From the NCBI GenBank assembly GCA_012270795.1, contig JAAXHO010000197.1:41813-105812 (forward strand): 64,000 nt of DNA. Direction: 5' to 3'. The translations under genes and the position numbers were made by a program. Below, in pieces: positions 57,237-64,000 of the stretch. Within the stretch, counting starts at the first letter, position 1, and each line of letters opens with the position of its first letter. The stretch comes from Candidatus Poribacteria bacterium (GTDB taxonomy: Bacteria > Poribacteria > WGA-4E > WGA-3G). Below the pieces are notes generated by a model that was not told where the DNA came from, did not search any database, and saw nothing but the letters and a program-made list of their open reading frames with translations.

Positions 57237-57332
57237 GTTTTGGTATTTATTTTGACTTGCAACCTTATTTTGACTTGCAAAAGGAGATGCTTATAGCACA
57301 GAATTGATGTTACACAGTGATAAATGATCGAA

Positions 57333-57743
57333 TCATAGTTCTGCTGATAACATTTCGGTAACCAGAGTAGTTAAACTTACGCCTTTTTGCTCTGCCCGTT
57401 GCAAAAGCTGGATGTGGATGTGTTCAGGAATTTGTTGAGCCCAGTCTCCATTGAATACATCGGCAGAACCAGGTTGAGGGATTTTGTCACCGAACTCTTT
57501 CGCTGTTTCTATCCAGCAAAACATAGCGTCTTTTCCATTCTCGATCGTTTCTTCAATCGTGTCTCCATCAGACATACACCCTGGTAAATCGGGGAATTCG
57601 ATTAAGTAACCTCCACCTTCCTCTGAGGGCAATACACTCATAAGAAATGGATATCTCGGTAGATCGGGAAATTCGATTAAATAGTCTCTATCTTCCTCTG
57701 AGGGCAATACACTCATAAGAAATGGATATTTTAATTCGTTCAT
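57333..57743 (-). CDS. HicB-family (UPF0150) protein with a C-terminal ribbon-helix-helix domain; carries an in-frame 75-bp tandem duplication at the N-terminus
   Basis: YLIEFPDLPGCMSDGDTIEETIENGKDAMFCWIE...KIPQP matches the HicB N-domain, and ...IHIQLLQRAEQKGVSLTTLVTEMLS is RHH-like. YPFLMSVLPSEE(DRD/GGG)YLIEFPDLP is encoded twice by a 75-bp direct repeat (~57600-57750). No hicA is visible. Confidence 0.65.
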   Translation of the reverse strand: MNELKYPFLMSVLPSEEDRDYLIEFPDLPRYPFLMSVLPSEEGGGYLIEFPDLPGCMSDGDTIEETIENGKDAMFCWIETAKEFGDKIPQPGSADVFNGDWAQQIPEHIHIQLLQRAEQKGVSLTTLVTEMLSAEL

Positions 57744-57765
57744 GATTCATTTCCTGATTATCTAT

Positions 57766-58401
57766 TTATACCAACCTTCTGAAGCTGAGGGATATGCGTC
57801 GTTGGCGTGGATATTTGCGTCCTTCCCACATATCCGATTTTCTGGAGGGTATCCCGTGCATCCATCTGTTTTTTGCGTCTGCAGTTAAGACAGTCAAACT
57901 TCTTGGTGCTAACCAGATTGGGACTTTCCTTGTTTTATCTTTTACACTTGTCAAATCCATCACACAACTTGAGTTTAAACTCAAAATAGCAATGGTGTCC
58001 ATGAAACATGCTTCTTTATCGGTATGGTCTCCGATGCCTTGTCCGGGTTCATATTCACTCACAAGCACCTGATTTGCGATTTTTGGCATGTGGCCATCTT
58101 TATTCAATTTCATACAAAGCCTGTTCACCCATTCTGGGAATGTAGCAATCGGCTTTTTCTGCTCTGCTTGTTGGTCGTTGAAGTTGTAACTTTGACCGTA
58201 ATGTTGAACACGGCGTTGATAAAAAGTACTCCATTGTTGTTTGTCTATATGATTTATCAACCAATCATGTTGTACTTCAGTGAGATAATCAGCAATGTAT
58301 TTTAGGCCGCGGACGGTCTCAGCAGCCTGTTGATTCGTCGGCAACGGTTGAGGTTGTGCAAATTTATTATCTAAGAGAGGAAACAGGGATATTTGTTCCA
58401 T
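57766..58401 (-). CDS. AlkB-family Fe(II)/2-oxoglutarate dioxygenase (ALKBH-like), copy 2
   Basis: LVSEYEPGQGIGDHTDKE (HxD), ILSLNSSCVMDL, LTVLTADAKNRWMHGI, and RISLSFRRL. Collinear with copy 1. Confidence 0.8.
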   Translation of the reverse strand: MEQISLFPLLDNKFAQPQPLPTNQQAAETVRGLKYIADYLTEVQHDWLINHIDKQQWSTFYQRRVQHYGQSYNFNDQQAEQKKPIATFPEWVNRLCMKLNKDGHMPKIANQVLVSEYEPGQGIGDHTDKEACFMDTIAILSLNSSCVMDLTSVKDKTRKVPIWLAPRSLTVLTADAKNRWMHGIPSRKSDMWEGRKYPRQRRISLSFRRLV

Positions 58402-58409
58402 AGGGCATC

Positions 58410-59657
58410 TTATTCTGTGCTTAACTCTGGCTTCACTTCCAGTTGACTATGATAAACCAATAGAATTGCCACTGCGATGCAAGTGCCAACAATACCTACA
58501 GGGTAAAAGTTTCCGGCTGTATCTACTAACCATCCGAGCAATGGTGCAAGGATGACTGTTGCTAAAGATTTCGATTGTCCTTCTATGGATAAAATTGTCG
58601 CACTCATCTCAGGTGAAGACTGGGCATTGAAACGACTAATCAAACCGGGTCTCCAAAAATTCTGAAGTATTGCTAAAATGACGAAAAGTGCAATTATTGC
58701 AGGATGCCAGTTAAAATAAAAAGCTGGAATCAGCAAGACAAAAAGTAATAAATTTGTCCACCACATCACCTGTGCTGCACCTTCATCACCCCCTCGCCAA
58801 TCAGAAACCCTGTGGGAATTCCGAGATGCAAATGATGATAAAAAATAGAGTGGAAAATAGATAACCAAAACGAGAAACGCAGTGCGTTTTGAATCATCAA
58901 TTGTTAGTAGAATTGGCAAGGCAATTGCAGCTTTTTCAAGTACCGGTTGTAGATAATCCTTACTTGCTTTATACATTCCCTCAAAACCCATTCCCTCAAA
59001 AACTAAACGACGTAAAGCGGGAAATTGCACGGATTGTTTGACTGCATCCCAGAACAAGGTTGCGACGGCTTTGAGTGAAAATTCGCTCTGTCTATCACCA
59101 TCCAGCTCCTGCGGATACCCGAAGAAATTAATGATGTTTATCAGGTATGGAATGATGGAATACCAGAAAATAGCAGTATAATTGCCAAGGAAAAATACTA
59201 ATGCCCCTGCAATGAGGACAGAAACCGCAGACCCCATCTGTGACCATGATCGTGTAAAACCATATATTTTTGTCTTCTCATCTGATCTTCCCTGCAGACG
59301 TAACCAGTCAAAAATCATCGCCTTGTGTGTTCCAGTTCGAAACGCATCGCCTAAACCAAAGAAGAACATAGCACCAAAAAGCATTAGGAGCGAATTGCTG
59401 AGTGCAAATGTCGCGAAAGAGGCAATATAGGCACAAAACGAAAATATCATGGCGCGCCGTCGACCGTAAAGATCTGCTACAGCACCAGAAGGAATTTCAA
59501 AGATATTTGTACATATTTCTCTAAAACCGAAAAGGAGACCGATTTGGAAAAACGATAAACCTTTCCCAAGGAATGCTAATACAATAAACGGGTCGTAGTA
59601 GCGTTGATTTTTTAGGAATCCGTAGAGTGAAAAACGGAAGAGCATTGGAATGCGCAT
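58410..59657 (-). CDS. MFS transporter
   Basis: 12 predicted TM segments and MFS motif A (GAVADLYGRRRAM). Confidence 0.8.
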   Translation of the reverse strand: MRIPMLFRFSLYGFLKNQRYYDPFIVLAFLGKGLSFFQIGLLFGFREICTNIFEIPSGAVADLYGRRRAMIFSFCAYIASFATFALSNSLLMLFGAMFFFGLGDAFRTGTHKAMIFDWLRLQGRSDEKTKIYGFTRSWSQMGSAVSVLIAGALVFFLGNYTAIFWYSIIPYLINIINFFGYPQELDGDRQSEFSLKAVATLFWDAVKQSVQFPALRRLVFEGMGFEGMYKASKDYLQPVLEKAAIALPILLTIDDSKRTAFLVLVIYFPLYFLSSFASRNSHRVSDWRGGDEGAAQVMWWTNLLLFVLLIPAFYFNWHPAIIALFVILAILQNFWRPGLISRFNAQSSPEMSATILSIEGQSKSLATVILAPLLGWLVDTAGNFYPVGIVGTCIAVAILLVYHSQLEVKPELSTE

Positions 59658-59674
59658 GGGTTATATATGTTCCC

Positions 59675-60172
59675 TCACTGTTTCTCCCAGATTTGTACGT
59701 TGTGTCGTGGTAAATCAAAAGGATATTCACCGTATTCAAGCGTAGGTATACCGTTATCATCAACTGTGACAACAACGTGGAGTTGATGTGGTGAAACGCT
59801 TGTATCCACGCGTTCAAGGAATTGCCATTGATCGCCATCAGCAGTTGTGATTCTTATCTTTGTCCAAAGGATACCTTCTCCATCTGTGTATGTGCCATTG
59901 GATATCTGTTCAGTGTGCGGTGGGTCAGCGGGTAAGGTAAAACTTTCGCCGATTGTAGAAGTTGAATTTTCGTGTGTATGTGATACTAATACCCATGTTC
60001 CTGGGACAGGCACCTCAATACCATTCTGATCAACGGGCCATACATGGTCGCGATCCGTCATTGGTGTTGCTGTATGTGTATCTAATACCTGTGGTATTCG
60101 TTCACAACTGAATATACCGAAAGCTAAGACAGCAATAACAAATATAAGATTGAGTTTTGAAATTGTTTTCAT
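59675..60172 (-). CDS. Hypothetical lipoprotein
   Basis: Signal peptide with lipobox (LAFGIFSC). No recognisable domain. Confidence 0.5.
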   Translation of the reverse strand: MKTISKLNLIFVIAVLAFGIFSCERIPQVLDTHTATPMTDRDHVWPVDQNGIEVPVPGTWVLVSHTHENSTSTIGESFTLPADPPHTEQISNGTYTDGEGILWTKIRITTADGDQWQFLERVDTSVSPHQLHVVVTVDDNGIPTLEYGEYPFDLPRHNVQIWEKQ

Positions 60173-60238
60173 AAGTTACGTAAAATTCCTTGTTTTAAAA
60201 TAATTGTAGAGGTTGGTAGGATATGTCCGTTAGAGAAT

Positions 60239-60487
60239 TTATATACTTGCTGGAGAAATTTCATTGGTGTAAACAACCATTTGTGCTTTTTCTCTATCTG
60301 CTGCATACGCAAGACATGCTTGGATGTCAGTTTCGGTTAAATAGGGAAAATCATCAAGAATTTCATCTACTGTCATGCCCGAAGCAAGATAGTCTAAGAC
60401 ATCGTAAACAGTAATTCGCATTCCCCGAATACAAGGTTTTCCCCCTCGTTTCCCGGGTTCAATGGTTATAATGTCTTGGTAATTCAT
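60239..60487 (-). CDS. DUF433-domain protein (antitoxin-like), orphan
   Basis: IEPGKRGGKPCIRGMRITVYDVLDYLASGMTVDEILDDFPYLTETDIQACLAYAA matches the DUF433 signature. No adjacent DUF5615/PIN-like partner is visible. Confidence 0.7.
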   Translation of the reverse strand: MNYQDIITIEPGKRGGKPCIRGMRITVYDVLDYLASGMTVDEILDDFPYLTETDIQACLAYAADREKAQMVVYTNEISPASI

Positions 60488-60655
60488 CTAAAGAACCTCC
60501 CAAGTAGGTTTTGCAATTCAAGGTTTAGTATTGTAGGTTGGGTTGTGCAAGTTCAATCCAAACTTACGTTATATTATACCACAACTATTGTGATATGTAA
60601 AATTTATTTTATCACTCGTTTAGGCAGACTATATCCCCCGATCACAAATTAGTAT

Positions 60656-61021
60656 TTAGCCGACAGTCTTATCCTTTCGTTGATGAATGATAACCCGATT
60701 TCCATCAGGGTCTTCAACAACAGCAAAATAACAGACAGGGGATTCATCCAAAGATGATTGAAGTTTAATTCCTGCTTGTTCTAATTCTTCCACAGCAGCT
60801 TTTGCATCCTCAACAGCAAATGCGACCATTCCACCACCGGGTTGGGTAAAAAAATCGCCTTCACCTAACGCCAACGTTCCTGGACTTATTTGAAATTCTG
60901 CCCATTTTCCTTCATGTGCTAAACCTGCCAGTGGAACACCAAGCACATCACGATAAAAGACAAGGGATTTTTGCATATCACTCACAGCAAAGAAAGTGAA
61001 GTCAATACCTAATACATTCAT
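60656..61021 (-). CDS. VOC-family (glyoxalase/bleomycin-resistance fold) protein
   Basis: 121 aa with the paired beta-alpha-beta-beta-beta pattern (FFAVSDMQKSLVFYRDVLG...). Confidence 0.7.
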   Translation of the reverse strand: MNVLGIDFTFFAVSDMQKSLVFYRDVLGVPLAGLAHEGKWAEFQISPGTLALGEGDFFTQPGGGMVAFAVEDAKAAVEELEQAGIKLQSSLDESPVCYFAVVEDPDGNRVIIHQRKDKTVG

Positions 61022-61057
61022 GGTTACCTCCTCCTCAATACTGACCTAAAAGATAGG

Positions 61058-62032
61058 TTAAGCGGCAAGGGTTCTAATTGGATATTCAGGTAGGTTGGAT
61101 TCTGGTGGTGTCCAGAAAGCATGCCAATCAGTAGCTTGATTTCGACCGATATAAAGCGTCTTTCCGATAACTGCCCAAGCAGTTCCATCGGAAGCAAACG
61201 CAATAAAACCCGTGCTAATCCTGTCTGGGGATTCGGCAAGTTGATCGTTGAGTTGCGTCCATGTTGCACCGCCATTATCGGATCGGCAAAACCAAGCACC
61301 ACCGCCCCTCGGTCCTCTTTGTACTGTGGCGATCATTAGGTCTGGATTTGTAGGGTCTATTGCAATAGCAGTACCGTAGCGAACTGGCAATCCTTCAATC
61401 CGGTTTACCCACGAGTTACCCCGGTCGTTGCTGACATAGACACCGTTAGCAGTATTTGCATAAACCTTATTATCGTCAGCGGGACATGTAGCAACCTGAT
61501 GGACATCTTTATTGAGGTCTGGCGTGACGGGTTCCCACGAAACGCCTTCATCGGGTGAACGCATGATACTCCCAACATGAATATCTGCGTAACAATAACC
61601 GTCTTTAGTTTTAGCTAAAGTCCGTACAGCTGGTGGGCCTCCCCATGGCGTATACCAATCTTTTCGGCATTCAAGATCATCAAAAGTTTGAACACGTTCA
61701 GCGGGGCCTTCCTCTCCAACGAGGCGATAGACATAAGCCCCTTCATCCGTTCCGATCAGTAGTGTCAACGGATCCTCGCGAATAAATAGCAGAGAAGCGA
61801 TTGGGTCCTCAATCCCAGTTGGAATTCGCTTCTCACCGTTCTCCGACAAGATAAGAAGCGTTCCATCTGAAAGCGCAACCGCTACAGACTGCGTTCCTGG
61901 CATTGAAATCAATGTACCGTAGTTATCACTAATTTCATGATTTTGATTGTCAGTTACTTTATACATCTCAATAGGTTCACCATCTCCATTATCTTCAATG
62001 GAATAGATAGCATTGTAAGTGGCAAAAAACAT
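61058..62032 (-). CDS. BNR/Asp-box repeat beta-propeller protein (sialidase/Ycf48-like fold)
   Basis: Multiple S-x-D-x-G-x-T/S-W boxes (SNDRGNSW, SDNGGATW, SPDEGVSW). Confidence 0.65.
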   Translation of the reverse strand: MFFATYNAIYSIEDNGDGEPIEMYKVTDNQNHEISDNYGTLISMPGTQSVAVALSDGTLLILSENGEKRIPTGIEDPIASLLFIREDPLTLLIGTDEGAYVYRLVGEEGPAERVQTFDDLECRKDWYTPWGGPPAVRTLAKTKDGYCYADIHVGSIMRSPDEGVSWEPVTPDLNKDVHQVATCPADDNKVYANTANGVYVSNDRGNSWVNRIEGLPVRYGTAIAIDPTNPDLMIATVQRGPRGGGAWFCRSDNGGATWTQLNDQLAESPDRISTGFIAFASDGTAWAVIGKTLYIGRNQATDWHAFWTPPESNLPEYPIRTLAA

Positions 62033-62071
62033 TATGTAATCTCCTTTGTTGTGTAACAGGTGTACTATTTA

Positions 62072-62530
62072 TTAACCTGATTTGTCTTCATCTGAGTTAA
62101 TCCATTTATCGGCAACGCGGTAGTGTTTCAGCAGGTCACCAGATTTATAAGTTTCTATCTTATCCGGTATAATCTCGTCTTCGGTTACAGCAATCTGCCA
62201 TGGATCAATTTCTATCTTCTTGTCGTCTGCAATTTTTGTTGGGTCTACAAAATAGATATAAATAATCTCGTCTGGTTGAAACAGATCAGGATTTTCAAAG
62301 CAAATGGTTCGGTTTGTGATATCTATATTTGAGACTCCTGGTGGTCTTGCTGCACAAGCCATCGCAAAGAGAAAGTCGGGTGTAAGATAGATCGCTTCCA
62401 AAGCTTCTTCTGGCGGCCTCCCCGGCGGTGCCTGAGCCTTATGTTCCTCAATTTTGAAAAAGATTGCTTGCTTCCGTGATATAGATACATTGTTTGTTTC
62501 TCCAAGACTTTCGTAACAAAAGGTGGGCAC
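62072..62530 (-). CDS. Hypothetical protein
   Basis: 152-aa ORF with no recognisable domain. The start is uncertain. Confidence 0.35.
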   Translation of the reverse strand: MPTFCYESLGETNNVSISRKQAIFFKIEEHKAQAPPGRPPEEALEAIYLTPDFLFAMACAARPPGVSNIDITNRTICFENPDLFQPDEIIYIYFVDPTKIADDKKIEIDPWQIAVTEDEIIPDKIETYKSGDLLKHYRVADKWINSDEDKSG

Positions 62531-62805
62531 GCTTTGACAGCGCGCTAGAAACTCTGAATTCTACTGAAAATTACACTGATTTTTGTCATACCAACTTAAA
62601 AATCGTGAAAATTGTGTAAGTCCTATTAATGATATTGTTTGACAATCAACAGAAACTTTTCCTAATCTTTACCTAATTCAACCTCAACACCGTTCGGATT
62701 CAGAACTGTGATTGTCCTTAGTGACATCATGAAGCGGTAAATCACTCTCTAATAGTATATATTCTATACAAAGGATATGAACACCATTCTTTTCTGCAAT
62801 ATCCT

Positions 62806-63462
62806 TCAATTTATTTTAACAATAATGCATTTATATGAATTAAGGCCTGTTACCTCTGTTATTTTTATTCTTATTTTCCCCTTGAAGTAAGGCGAGATTT
62901 CAACGGGATTCTGAAATGTAATGTCTGTTTTTTCGTCACAAGGATTTACAATTGCTATACCTGTTGTTCGTTGCCCGTTGTTCGTTAAAGATGCCTTTTT
63001 TGGTATTTCAAGCGTTACGGTCTTTCCGGCATTGTAAGAACACGGACCGGTATAGTCAAACATATTATCTACGTTCAATATATGTACAAAAATTGTGGAG
63101 AGAATAGATACCAACAAAAATGTACTGATAAGCCACATAAAAAAACGATCATGGATTTCGAGTCTATAGAGAAAAATAAAATAAAGAACACAAAAAGAAA
63201 GGTTAAAAATCATCAATCTGCAACTATGATACCACTCTAAATACAGATATTTCATCGCGCTAAAAGTAGCGCATTTTTGAAGGTATGTGAGCTCGCCACT
63301 TAGAAATGACACAATCACACTCAATATGCCCCCAACACACGAAATTACAAATATATATTTAATCACTCCAATCCACGCATTCTTTTCCTTTTCCATTATC
63401 TTCACCTTTGCCGCGATATTCACCCCATTTGCCGAGGCAACTGTCCCTCGTTCAAAAATCAA
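62806..63462 (-). CDS. Hypothetical membrane protein in an AT-rich segment
   Basis: 218-aa ORF with 3-4 hydrophobic segments. The local base composition is distinctly AT-richer than the rest of the window. Confidence 0.35.
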   Translation of the reverse strand: MIFERGTVASANGVNIAAKVKIMEKEKNAWIGVIKYIFVISCVGGILSVIVSFLSGELTYLQKCATFSAMKYLYLEWYHSCRLMIFNLSFCVLYFIFLYRLEIHDRFFMWLISTFLLVSILSTIFVHILNVDNMFDYTGPCSYNAGKTVTLEIPKKASLTNNGQRTTGIAIVNPCDEKTDITFQNPVEISPYFKGKIRIKITEVTGLNSYKCIIVKIN

Positions 63463-63691
63463 TTCCTGATTGCTGGCAAGTTTAAGCGGTCGAATGATCC
63501 AATCGTTACCCAGATTCAGGACAATTAACTGTTAACCGTTTTGCATCAGAATTGATAGCGGTTTGTAATGCATCGGTTGCATCTTCTAGATCAAATTTCC
63601 ACAAGGTGGTATTTGCCTTGACCTTTTTCCTGACTGAACGTCTGTCAGGGCTCCAAGATTTTTCATCGTTTCTGCTCAGTAAGGACAGATT

Positions 63692-63919
63692 TTATTTGAA
63701 AACTGCAACTTTAACGAATCGTTTTGTAGCGAGATTTTCCGGTGAACGTTTAATGTATTCAATTTGATCCAATGTCCGTGCAGTCATATATCTCTCACCA
63801 CAATGAGGACAACAGATTACAGGTACATCTTCAATAACCAGTAGCGATTCTCCTTTTCCGTAACTACGAGTAAGGTAGCGTTGACGCGCTCCATCTTTTC
63901 CACACACATCGCAAATCAT
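63692..63919 (-). CDS. YgiT-type zinc-finger protein (MqsA-like N-terminal domain)
   Basis: MICDVCGKDG...VICCPHCGERYMTARTLDQIE shows two CxxC pairs with YgiT-type spacing. The start is chosen at MICDVCG. Confidence 0.55.
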   Translation of the reverse strand: MICDVCGKDGARQRYLTRSYGKGESLLVIEDVPVICCPHCGERYMTARTLDQIEYIKRSPENLATKRFVKVAVFK

Positions 63920-64000
63920 GGTTTGACTCCTTATGTATTTATTTAACATAAAATGTATTATTTAACATAAACGGTAATAATAACCAATTTCCTGCTGAAA

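Overview
The window is about 64 kb of bacterial chromosome with genes on both strands. It contains a conserved housekeeping block (rnpA-yidD-yidC-jag-mnmE) and single-copy metabolism genes (pgi, ispG, hisC, uppP). It also contains a sigma54-type two-component pair next to a prepilin peptidase and pseudopilin-like genes, and a TonB-dependent receptor. The accessory content is large. (1) A REP-associated tyrosine transposase (RAYT) is flanked by four doublets of a CGCTCCAGCGGAGCG hairpin repeat and by a ~100-bp duplication of the start of the neighbouring nitroreductase gene. (2) Several other families of palindromic, MITE-like repeats sit in intergenic DNA. (3) Eukaryote-like repeat proteins are present: a YWTD/LDL-receptor-type propeller, a kinase-like gene, and a tandem array of giant WD40-cohesin-dockerin proteins. 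(4) A protein-glycosylation-type locus (36.4-44.0 kb) holds a GT-C membrane protein, an STT3/AglB-like oligosaccharyltransferase encoded as two translationally coupled ORFs, a GT2 and a methyltransferase. (5) A secreted thioredoxin-fold/TPR fusion has its CxxC cysteine codon replaced by an in-frame TGA followed by a SECIS-like hairpin, making it a candidate selenoprotein. (6) A compact minus-strand cluster runs MFS transporter - AlkB-like dioxygenase - HicB-like protein with an internal 75-bp tandem duplication - class I methyltransferase - second AlkB-like dioxygenase. At least seven genes look interrupted by frameshifts; the three junctions resolved by hand are each explained by one extra base, which suggests either assembly indels or real pseudogenes. 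No rRNA, tRNA or CRISPR array was recognised. The eukaryote-like repeat proteins and the cohesin/dockerin content resemble what has been described for host-associated (sponge-symbiont-like) bacteria, but the taxon cannot be determined from the sequence alone.
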